Origin: Chitinophagales bacterium | Lineage (GTDB): Bacteria; Bacteroidota; Bacteroidia; Chitinophagales; BACL12 | Reading direction: 5' to 3' | DNA: 39,138 nt | Assembly: GCA_044448625.1 (NCBI GenBank) | Contig: JBIOHA010000001.1 | Coordinates: 1 to 39,138, forward strand | Shown: positions 1 through 8,051 of the stretch, piece by piece | Layout: each line of letters begins with the position of its first letter | How positions within the stretch are numbered: position 1 is the stretch's first letter | Notes under the pieces: model-generated | The model's input: only the letters and a program-made list of their open reading frames with translations | What the model was told of the DNA's origin: nothing | Database searches by the model: none | Position numbers and translations under genes: made by a program

Positions 1-124
1 ATTCGTTTTAAAAGTTAATTTTTTACTCTCAAAACGGTCAACTTATTTCAGGCATTGACAGGGCCCCAACTGCTAATCTGCTAATTAACCTCATTCCGCA
101 TTTTTGACCATTTCGAATTTCGCA

Positions 125-613
125 TCAGTTTCCTGACACCTTCTTCAGATCAATCTCATCTGTATAATCAAAAGCGAAAGTTTTTCTGAAGAAAATGAAT
201 TTTTGCACTGTTAATGTCCCTGTTATTCCAACTGGTATTTTTTCGTCGGATAAAAAAGATTTCAACCCGAAAGATAAAACTCCGCCGAGCTGATCGAGCG
301 AAGTAGAAAATTCAACTGGTAAAGTAAAATCTGCTTTCTTTTTGATTCGCACCTTATCATCAAATCCAAGCATACCCATAGTCTTATCATCAATTGAAAG
401 GGTAATATTCATTTCACGGATCGTTGCGCCCACAGGATTTGGGTTATGCAATTTAATGTCGGCATTTATTTTGGGATCTGATGTAATATTAGTAACCTCG
501 AAATTTTCATATCCTTTAAATTGCAATGGCTGTGAAACCGTGCATGAAGAAAAAATAATTGCAACAATGAACAGTATTGATGCATTCCTTAAACTAAGTC
601 TGGTAACTGACAT
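125..613 (-). CDS. LEA type-2 (LEA14-like) family lipoprotein
   Basis: 162-aa ORF. The N-terminal signal peptide ends in a lipobox-like FSSC. The 'KLHNPNPVGATIREMNITL' pattern is typical of bacterial LEA_2 domain proteins. Family call is from motif memory only. Confidence 0.55.
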   Translation of the reverse strand: MSVTRLSLRNASILFIVAIIFSSCTVSQPLQFKGYENFEVTNITSDPKINADIKLHNPNPVGATIREMNITLSIDDKTMGMLGFDDKVRIKKKADFTLPVEFSTSLDQLGGVLSFGLKSFLSDEKIPVGITGTLTVQKFIFFRKTFAFDYTDEIDLKKVSGN

Positions 614-669
614 AAAATTCGAATTGATTAAAATTAACTGTTATGGCTGAATTGCAAAAGTTGGACCAT

Positions 670-727
670 GGAAGAGGTATCAGGCATCAGGTATGAAGTA
701 GGAAGTAAGAAGTGTGAAGTAGGGGGG
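670..727. repeat. Heptanucleotide tandem array (locus A), 8 graded units
   Basis: Plus strand reads ggaagag gtatcag gcatcag gtatgaa gtaggaa gtaagaa gtgtgaa gtagggg. The 7-nt phase is exact. The array ends 1-3 nt before the histidine kinase stop codon (729-731, minus strand). Confidence 0.85.
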
Positions 728-728
728 A

Positions 729-2531
729 TTATTTCATTGGCAGCGTGAAAACAAAATCGCTTCCTCCCCGCTCATTGGCTTCCACCCATATTTTTCCACC
801 GGCCTGGTCAATTATTTTTTTACAAATAGCCAGGCCAATGCCGGTTCCGGAAAATTCTTCTCTTGAATGTAATCGCTGGAAGATCAAAAATATTTTTTCA
901 CGAAATTCTTCCGCAATACCGATCCCATTATCGGATATCACAAAGCGAAAACTTTTACCCATAGTTGAAAAACTGATATTAATTATGGGGTTAACGCTTG
1001 TGTTGTATTTAATAGCATTAGAGATCAGGTTTTGAAACAACTGTATCATATGTATCTCATCGGCGATGATGGAAGGCAATTCGGGAAAGTTGATCTTCAC
1101 ATGCTGCTCATGAATTTGCGAAGAGAGATTGGAGCAAACCACTTTCATAATATGGTTCAGATCGATCTCCTCATAGCGTTTTACGAAATTAATACCCGAC
1201 AAAGTCAGCAGATCGCTGATGAGCGTATTCATTGTTTGCGTTCCCGCCATTATAAAATCCATGTACTCCCTTTCATCTTGCGATAGTTCTTCTTTCAAAC
1301 TTCTTTTTAATAAGGTGACATATGATGAAACCATGCGGAGCGGCTCTCTAAGGTCATGGCTGGCAACGTGGGCAAATTGCCTTAATTCATTGTTGGAGAT
1401 TTCCAGCTGGTTGGCATATTTTTCAATCTGCTCATTTTTTTGTCGCAGCAGCTGTGCCTCCCGCTCTTTCTTTTCAAGTTCAAATTCATTTCTCGCCTTG
1501 GCGATGGCAAAAGTTTTTTCCTCATTAAAAACTTCTTTCAGCGACTCGGCATATTTTTTTTTATATAAAAAAGCATTTTCAAAATCACCATTGGAAGCAA
1601 ATGCTTCCGACAAATGTTCAGCGATAGTGGAAAGCGACCTGTTTACCCCCAGTTTTTCAAACAGCGCCTCTGCAGTTTTAAAATATTCAATGGCTTCTTC
1701 ATATTTATGCATGATGGCATACGCTTCACCCATTTGATTAAAGGTATGGGCAGTATGATAACTGCTGTCAATTTCCTTATCATATTCTCTTGCCCTTTCG
1801 AAATAATGGAGCGCTGTATTAAAATCATTGAGTTTTGTATATACGAGTCCGATGTTGGCGCAATAAATAGAGAGAAATGAAGTTGAGCTTTCTTCTTCTG
1901 CCAATGCAAGTGCTTTTAATAAATATTCCAAAGAGGCTTTAAAATTTTCCGCTTTAAAATAATATACTGCATATGAATTATAACAATTACCCACACCGGT
2001 CATATCTTCAATTTCCTTATAAATGTCCAATGCCTTATTCAAATATTCATCCTGCGCAAATTCAGAACCGGTGTAATTAAATAAAATAAAAACATTGTAA
2101 TAGGCATGAGCGAGCCATCTTTTTTCATAATAATTTTTATCCTGTTTTAGCTCAAGGAGTTTTATACATTCGAGATAATGTTTTTGGGAGAGCACATTAT
2201 CACCAGTGAAATGGTGATTTCTTCCGAGGTTAAGATGATAATAGGGCTCATACCTTTTTTTAAATTCACCCCGTAATAAAGCAAAGGCATCGTCGCACAT
2301 TTTAATGGAGCCGTAATAATTATTATTCACCAGGCACTCATATAATGCGAGTTCCATAAGAGCAAGTGCCTTATAATTTTTGCTTTGAATACTTTCTGCC
2401 AGTTCCAGCGCTTTTTCCGAAAGCTCCCTGATCTCAGAATTTCGTTTGGTCACCAGATCCCACGATGTATGCAACAATTCCTCTATACGTTTTTCAATCT
2501 CCTTTTTCCTGGCAGGTTTGGTTAGTGGCAT
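729..2531 (-). CDS. Cytoplasmic TPR-repeat sensor histidine kinase (HisKA + HATPase_c)
   Basis: 600-aa ORF. It has an H-box 'ASHDLREPLRMV', N-box 'NLISNAIKYN', G1 'DNGIGI' and G2 'GTGIGLAICKKI'. The N-terminal ~340 aa are TPR-like helical repeats followed by a coiled coil. No TM segment is seen. Confidence 0.85.
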   Translation of the reverse strand: MPLTKPARKKEIEKRIEELLHTSWDLVTKRNSEIRELSEKALELAESIQSKNYKALALMELALYECLVNNNYYGSIKMCDDAFALLRGEFKKRYEPYYHLNLGRNHHFTGDNVLSQKHYLECIKLLELKQDKNYYEKRWLAHAYYNVFILFNYTGSEFAQDEYLNKALDIYKEIEDMTGVGNCYNSYAVYYFKAENFKASLEYLLKALALAEEESSTSFLSIYCANIGLVYTKLNDFNTALHYFERAREYDKEIDSSYHTAHTFNQMGEAYAIMHKYEEAIEYFKTAEALFEKLGVNRSLSTIAEHLSEAFASNGDFENAFLYKKKYAESLKEVFNEEKTFAIAKARNEFELEKKEREAQLLRQKNEQIEKYANQLEISNNELRQFAHVASHDLREPLRMVSSYVTLLKRSLKEELSQDEREYMDFIMAGTQTMNTLISDLLTLSGINFVKRYEEIDLNHIMKVVCSNLSSQIHEQHVKINFPELPSIIADEIHMIQLFQNLISNAIKYNTSVNPIINISFSTMGKSFRFVISDNGIGIAEEFREKIFLIFQRLHSREEFSGTGIGLAICKKIIDQAGGKIWVEANERGGSDFVFTLPMK

Positions 2532-2719
2532 ATAAATCAGGTACGACAGTTAGTTGCCCTAAAATTAGCAAATTGACAAATGGTGAACCCCGATCAGGAT
2601 GTTGATAGAAATATCACTGGAATGTGTGCATCGCGTCTCCTTGCCAGGTCAAATTGTCATAAAAAAACCGGTGGCATATGCTTTGCCTTCGCGGCTCTTA
2701 TAAAAAACCAATCATATCT

Positions 2720-4693
2720 ATGACCATCGAAAAAGGAACAATAGCGGTTCAAACTGAAAATATCTTCCCCATAATTAAAAAGTTTCTTTACAGCGACCAC
2801 GAAATATTTTTACGCGAGCTGATTTCCAATGCGGTAGATGCCACACAAAAGCTGAAAAAATTATCCTCAATGGGAGAAGTTTCGGGAGAGATCGGCGATA
2901 CCACTATAGAAGTAAAAATTGATAAATCACAAAAAACGCTCACTATTTCCGACAAAGGAATAGGGATGACCGCTGAAGAGGTAAAAAAATATATCAACCA
3001 GGTTGCGTTTTCCAGTGCAAGTGAATTTCTTGAAAAATATAAAGGGCTTGATGATGGAAAAACGATCATCGGGCATTTTGGTTTGGGATTTTACAGCGCC
3101 TTTATGGTTGCGGATAAAGTGATGCTCATTACTAAATCGGCTAAAGAAAATGCCGAACCCGTGAGATGGATATGTGATGGTTCCACTGAATTCAGCCTTG
3201 AACCATGGGAAAAAGAAAGTCGCGGAACCGAAGTTGTTTTATTTATTAATGATGAGAACGAAGATTTTTTAGAAGAAGCAAAAATATCGCAGCTTCTAAA
3301 CAAGTATTGCAAATTCTTACCTGTGCCTATTCAATTTGGAGAAAAGGAAGAATCGATTGAAGATGATGACATGGTAACCGAAGAAGCAATTATTACGGAA
3401 GCGGAAACAGAAACTGAATTAACTGAAACTGATGGCGACACTTCAAATAAAAAGAAATCCAAAAAGAAAAAAGAAACGAAAGAGCCGAAAAAAATAAAGG
3501 TTCCGAATATCATTAATAATACAAATCCGGCATGGACAAAAAAACCGGCCGATCTAACAGATGATGATTATAAAAATTTCTATAACGAATTATATCCTTA
3601 TAGTGAGGCTCCCTTGTTCTGGATTCATTTAAATGTTGATTATCCTTTTAACCTGACCGGGATATTATATTTCCCAAAAATTAAAAAGAGTTACGAGATA
3701 CAAAAGAACAAAATACAACTCTATAGCAACCAGGTTTTTGTTACCGATGAGGTAAAAGAGATCGTACCCGAATGGCTGACGCTGCTGCATGGTGTAATTG
3801 ATTCTCCGGATATCCCGTTGAATGTTTCCAGAAGTTATTTACAGAGCGATCAGAATGTAAAAAAAATCAATAACTATATCACCAAAAAAGTGTCGGAGAA
3901 ATTAGAGGAGTTGTTTAAAAAAGAGAGAAATGAATTTGAGGAAAAATGGGAGAACATTAATGTGATAATTAAATACGGCATGCTGAGTGATGAAAAATTT
4001 GCTGATCGCGGTGAAAAATTCTGCTTATTGCAAAACACAGAAAAAAAATATTTCACTTTTGATGAATACAGGCAGCATATTGATTTAAATCAGAAGGACA
4101 AATCAGGAAACCTGATCGCCTTATATACCAACAATCTCACCGACCACCATGTTTATGTTGATGCTGCTAAAAACCGGGGCTATGATGTACTGGAGATCGA
4201 TAATATCATCGATAATCATTTTATTTCGCATCTGGAACAAAGATTAAAAGATATCCAGTTCCGGAGAGTGGATTCAGATACGGTTGATAAACTTATCGAC
4301 AAAGATGAAAAAGTAGAATCGGTATTAACTGAAGCTGATCAAACTGTGATCAAAGAATTATTTGAGAAAATTTCCGATCAGAATGCTGCCACTGTTGTGA
4401 TCACCCCGCAAAGTCCGGATGATAATCCTGTTTCCATAACAAAACCTGAATGGATGCGCCGTATGAAAGAGATGAGCTATATGAATGGGATGGATTTTGC
4501 AGGTTCAATGCCCGACCAGTATAATCTGGTTGTAAATACAAATCATCCTGTAATAAATAAATTGTTGTCGCTTCCTGAAGAGGAAAAAGAACGCAGCGTA
4601 AAACAACTGAACGATCTTGCATTGTTATCGCAGGGAATGCTCAAGGGAAATGACCTTACGGAATTTGTGAAGCGCAGTGTCGGGATGATGTAA
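2720..4693 (+). CDS. htpG: Molecular chaperone HtpG (Hsp90 family)
   Basis: 'EIFLRELISNAVDA' and 'GHFGLGFYSAFMVADKV' are Hsp90 N-domain signatures. Start is placed at the ATG at 2720 (MTIEKGTIAVQTE...), because the 14 codons upstream in the ORF track are not HtpG-like. Confidence 0.95.
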   Translation: MTIEKGTIAVQTENIFPIIKKFLYSDHEIFLRELISNAVDATQKLKKLSSMGEVSGEIGDTTIEVKIDKSQKTLTISDKGIGMTAEEVKKYINQVAFSSASEFLEKYKGLDDGKTIIGHFGLGFYSAFMVADKVMLITKSAKENAEPVRWICDGSTEFSLEPWEKESRGTEVVLFINDENEDFLEEAKISQLLNKYCKFLPVPIQFGEKEESIEDDDMVTEEAIITEAETETELTETDGDTSNKKKSKKKKETKEPKKIKVPNIINNTNPAWTKKPADLTDDDYKNFYNELYPYSEAPLFWIHLNVDYPFNLTGILYFPKIKKSYEIQKNKIQLYSNQVFVTDEVKEIVPEWLTLLHGVIDSPDIPLNVSRSYLQSDQNVKKINNYITKKVSEKLEELFKKERNEFEEKWENINVIIKYGMLSDEKFADRGEKFCLLQNTEKKYFTFDEYRQHIDLNQKDKSGNLIALYTNNLTDHHVYVDAAKNRGYDVLEIDNIIDNHFISHLEQRLKDIQFRRVDSDTVDKLIDKDEKVESVLTEADQTVIKELFEKISDQNAATVVITPQSPDDNPVSITKPEWMRRMKEMSYMNGMDFAGSMPDQYNLVVNTNHPVINKLLSLPEEEKERSVKQLNDLALLSQGMLKGNDLTEFVKRSVGMM

Positions 4694-4856
4694 AACTATG
4701 TGAATTAGCAGGGTGTTATAAATGGATCACGCATTTGGAGTAATCGAAAATCTTTATATCTTTACGCAAGTAATGTATTTCAATTCCAAACATAAATCTT
4801 CTAAACGCATCTCGCCAAAGGGTGGGTTCTGAAGATTTTGTTGCAAAATAAATCTA

Positions 4857-4887
4857 AGGCTTACCTGAAAAGGTAGGCCTTTTTTTA
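4857..4887 (+). terminator. Rho-independent terminator (orphan, 165 nt after htpG stop)
   Basis: Stem aggcttacct (4857-4866), loop gaaa, stem aggtaggcct (4871-4880) with one G-U pair, then T7 (4881-4887). Confidence 0.6.
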
Positions 4888-4953
4888 TGATTGGAATTTG
4901 ACATTATCAATAACGAGAAGCGGGTCTAAAGATAAAAGCATTAAATTAATAAT

Positions 4954-6216
4954 ATGGAACTCAACAACAACGATTATTTTTTTGGCGGTGTGCGATTAAC
5001 CGACATTGCCGCTGAATTTGGAACACCTGTATATGTTTATGATGCGAAAAAGATGACGCATCAATTCAACAAGTTACAAAATGCTTTTGCTGACGTTGAG
5101 GTGAAGATAAAATATGCCTGTAAGGCGCTGACCAATATTTCGGTGATGAAACATTTTAAACAAATCGGTGCCCAACTCGATGCTGTTTCCATTGAAGAGG
5201 TGCAGCTTGGTTTACATGCAGGATTTGCTGCATCCGAAATTTTATTTACTCCTAATTGTGTTTCCATTGATGAAATAAAACAGGCTGTTGAACTCGGTAT
5301 AACAATTAATATCGACAATATTTCCATCCTCGAACAATTTGGACATATTTATGGTGATGCAGTGCCATGTTGTATCCGTATTAACCCGCACATCGAAGCA
5401 GGCGGTCATCAGCATATTCAAACAGGACATATTGATAGCAAGTTTGGTATTTCCATTTACCAGATGCGACATGTGCATAGAGTAATTGAAGCAAATAATA
5501 TCAGGATAATCGGATTGCATATGCATACCGGTTCCGACATATTAGATTCCAATGTTTTTTTGCAGGGCGCTGAATTATTATTTGACGCTGCGCTTAATTT
5601 TCCTGACCTTGAATTTCTGGATTTCGGCAGCGGATTTAAAGTGGCTTACAAAGAAGATGATGTGACCACAAATATTGAGGAATTAGGAAAAGACCTCAGT
5701 GAAAGGTTTATTAATTTTTGCTCTGCCTATGGCAAGAATTTAGAATTATGGTTCGAGCCTGGAAAATTCCTTGTGAGTGAAGCAGGAATTCTGCTGGTGA
5801 AAGTGAATGTTTTAAAACCAACCATGGCCACAGTTTTTGCAGGAGTTGACAGCGGCCAGAATCATTTAATAAGGCCCATGTTCTACGATGCCTACCACAG
5901 CATAATAAATATTTCAAATCCCAATGGCATTCAAAGAATTTATACTATAGTCGGATATATCTGCGAAACCGATACTTTTGCCCGCGACAGAAAAATAAAT
6001 GAGATACATGAAGGCGATATCCTCGCGATAAAAAATGCCGGCGCTTATGGTTATACCATGAGCAACAATTATAACAGCAGGCTAAGACCACCGGAAGTTT
6101 TTATTGTTGATGGCAAGGCGCACCTTATCAGAAAAAGAGAAACGATTGACGATCTGATCAAAAACCAGGTAGATATCCCGGAACTGATGGTAAATGAAAG
6201 AATTGGTTTAAAATAA
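4954..6216 (+). CDS. lysA: Diaminopimelate decarboxylase
   Basis: 420-aa ORF of the PLP-dependent Orn/DAP/Arg decarboxylase family 2. It has a 'YACKA' PLP-lysine region, 'HMHTGS', 'GSGF' and 'GYICETDTF...AGAYGYTMSNNYNSR' motifs. Confidence 0.9.
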   Translation: MELNNNDYFFGGVRLTDIAAEFGTPVYVYDAKKMTHQFNKLQNAFADVEVKIKYACKALTNISVMKHFKQIGAQLDAVSIEEVQLGLHAGFAASEILFTPNCVSIDEIKQAVELGITINIDNISILEQFGHIYGDAVPCCIRINPHIEAGGHQHIQTGHIDSKFGISIYQMRHVHRVIEANNIRIIGLHMHTGSDILDSNVFLQGAELLFDAALNFPDLEFLDFGSGFKVAYKEDDVTTNIEELGKDLSERFINFCSAYGKNLELWFEPGKFLVSEAGILLVKVNVLKPTMATVFAGVDSGQNHLIRPMFYDAYHSIINISNPNGIQRIYTIVGYICETDTFARDRKINEIHEGDILAIKNAGAYGYTMSNNYNSRLRPPEVFIVDGKAHLIRKRETIDDLIKNQVDIPELMVNERIGLK

Positions 6217-6236
6217 AAATCTATTCAGTCAAGACA

Positions 6237-7208
6237 TTATAGCTTCAATATTTTAACCCTCTGAACTTGCTCATTTAATGCACCGCTAGAAATGATTACA
6301 GTGTACAATCCAGCCGCAAAATTGTTGAAATTGATCTTTAAATCATGGAATTGTTCATGTTGTGCGACCTCTGTATATACCTCTTCACCAAGGGCATTGA
6401 TAATTGAATAATTAATTGTGGAAGATATTTCAGTTGCAAAAGACAGATGAAAAATATCAGAAACAGGATTATTATATTTCAAATCCATAACCCAGTCATC
6501 ATTTATTGCAACAGGTGCTTCCTCCAACTCGTAGATATAATAACCGCCAGTTCCAATCCAAAAACCATCTCCATCAATATATTCACAGAGAATTGCTCCA
6601 TTGTCGGAACTATACCAGAAATAAACAGGAACTTCATATAAATCTCCTTCGCTTATTCTTACCCTCACCATAAGCACATCTGTAAAAGTAAGGTCAGGTA
6701 GAATCAACGTTCCATAACCGATACACCAGATATTATAAATACCACCTCCGAAACCGGATAATGTATTGTCCCAGGTATCGAGATTCTCTGCACCAAGTTC
6801 CAATGGAAAAACAAATTCAGTTTGAGGATCCGTAAAAGTATTTACACCGTTTGCTGTGGTATAAGATCCAACCCGCATCATTTTATCGGCATCCCTCTTA
6901 AAATATCTATAAGAATTACCGGGTGTTTCTTTGTAACAATAATTCGCATCGGGAAAATCATCGCCATGCGCAGTTGATGTGGGGTCAACTATTTCAATAT
7001 TAAAATCGCTTCCTCCATCTAGAAAAGCAGTAAAATCCCATGTTACGTCTGCGCCCTGAATTGTGGTATCTATTTCATAGATATTGGCAATTTCATGCAG
7101 ATGCCATTCACCACCAACGGCCATCATTTCATCGCTTAATAATTGAGGTTGCGTATAGCTGGTGAAATATCCAGCTAAAAGAAAAAGGCAAGGCAGTATT
7201 TTTTTCAT
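6237..7208 (-). CDS. Secreted protein with T9SS C-terminal sorting domain (Por_Secre_tail)
   Basis: 323-aa ORF with an N-terminal signal peptide. The last ~80 aa ('NPVSDIFHLSF...YSIINALGEEVY...LYTVIISSGALNEQVQRVKILKL') match the type IX secretion CTD pattern. The N-terminal domain has no recognised function. Confidence 0.7.
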   Translation of the reverse strand: MKKILPCLFLLAGYFTSYTQPQLLSDEMMAVGGEWHLHEIANIYEIDTTIQGADVTWDFTAFLDGGSDFNIEIVDPTSTAHGDDFPDANYCYKETPGNSYRYFKRDADKMMRVGSYTTANGVNTFTDPQTEFVFPLELGAENLDTWDNTLSGFGGGIYNIWCIGYGTLILPDLTFTDVLMVRVRISEGDLYEVPVYFWYSSDNGAILCEYIDGDGFWIGTGGYYIYELEEAPVAINDDWVMDLKYNNPVSDIFHLSFATEISSTINYSIINALGEEVYTEVAQHEQFHDLKINFNNFAAGLYTVIISSGALNEQVQRVKILKL

Positions 7209-7221
7209 AGTATGGTTTTTA

Positions 7222-7229
7222 CAAATTTA
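7222..7229 (-). promoter_or_regulatory. Bacteroidota-type -7 promoter box (TAAATTTG) for the T9SS cargo gene
   Basis: Minus strand reads taaatttg, a perfect TAnnTTTG, 13 nt upstream of the ATG at 7208. A TTG lies 16 nt further upstream. Confidence 0.35.
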
Positions 7230-7317
7230 AACAAAAAGCATATTTCAACGTCGGTTTCGTAAACAATTTTGCTTACAAATTATTAATAGCGTTTGAATGA
7301 GTTGGCCGTTCAAAAAA

Positions 7318-7962
7318 TCACATGTCATTCAAAAACGGATTCATCTTCCTCTCCCTCCCGATGGTTGTCGCCTGCATATGCCCCGGATAAACTTTTACCT
7401 CATCAGGCAGCATCATCAATTTATTTTTTATTGAAGCGATCAATGTATTATAATTTCCGCCGGTGAGATCGGTTCTTCCAATCGAATCAAAAAATAAAAC
7501 ATCCCCACTAACAATAAATTTATCTTTTTCATTATAAAAGCAAATGGATGCCGGTGAATGACCCGGTGTAAATAAAATTTTAAAAGTTGTTTCCCCAAAT
7601 TTAAATTCATCGCCCTCGTCCAAAAATATTTCCGGCTCAGGTGATCTTTTATAGTTGATGCCCATTGACGGTGCATAATTCACAACTTCATTCAGGAGGG
7701 TGATCTCATTTTTATGCATTACAAGAGGAACCTTGTATCTGTCGGCCACGAACCTGTTTCCCAGTACATGATCAATATGACAATGGGTATTGATCAGGTA
7801 AACGGGTTTGAGTTTATTCTCAGTTATAAATCCGGACAGCTCTTCATCTTCATTTTTTGAATAATTCCCAGGGTCAACTATAACACTTTCGCCTGTTTCA
7901 TCGTATATAATATAGGTGTTCTCGTAAAACGGATTAAAGGTGAAACTTACAATTCGGGCCAT
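7318..7962 (-). CDS. MBL-fold metallo-hydrolase (glyoxalase II-like)
   Basis: Contains the 'THCHIDH' metal-binding motif, 'TPGHSP' and 'GDVLF...GRTDL'. Start is placed at MARIVSF (7962); an upstream in-frame ATG at 7995 is also possible. Confidence 0.85.
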   Translation of the reverse strand: MARIVSFTFNPFYENTYIIYDETGESVIVDPGNYSKNEDEELSGFITENKLKPVYLINTHCHIDHVLGNRFVADRYKVPLVMHKNEITLLNEVVNYAPSMGINYKRSPEPEIFLDEGDEFKFGETTFKILFTPGHSPASICFYNEKDKFIVSGDVLFFDSIGRTDLTGGNYNTLIASIKNKLMMLPDEVKVYPGHMQATTIGRERKMNPFLNDM

Positions 7963-8051
7963 GAGAATATCGTTATTTTGTAAAATTTTAGACAATACTT
8001 GAACTTTATGGCAAAACTACGTATTTTGCAAGGGTGATAGGGGTTACAGGC

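Noticed and set aside
70-85. ctgctaat ctgctaat direct duplication downstream of the LEA-like gene
   Set aside because: It has only two 8-nt units about 40 nt from the stop codon. It is too short to assign to the heptamer family or to call a repeat element.
1219-1737. 172-aa ORF on the plus strand, together with 745-1035, 1032-1286, 1614-1880 and 1643-1909
   Set aside because: These ORFs lie entirely inside the well-supported histidine kinase gene, most antisense to it and one (1643-1909) out of frame on the same strand. Their composition is low-complexity Ser/Phe/Leu-rich and they have no recognisable motifs. They are the usual shadow ORFs of an AT-rich gene.
2532-2719. CIRCE/HrcA operator or other heat-shock element upstream of htpG
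   Set aside because: No TTAGCACTC-N9-GAGTGCTAA-like inverted repeat is present. There are only two loose direct copies of caaattgNca (near 2569 and 2650), which could easily be chance.
4888-4953. Lysine riboswitch (L-box) upstream of lysA
   Set aside because: Only 66 nt separate the upstream terminator from the lysA ATG. That is too short for an L-box, and none of its conserved helices or motifs are visible.
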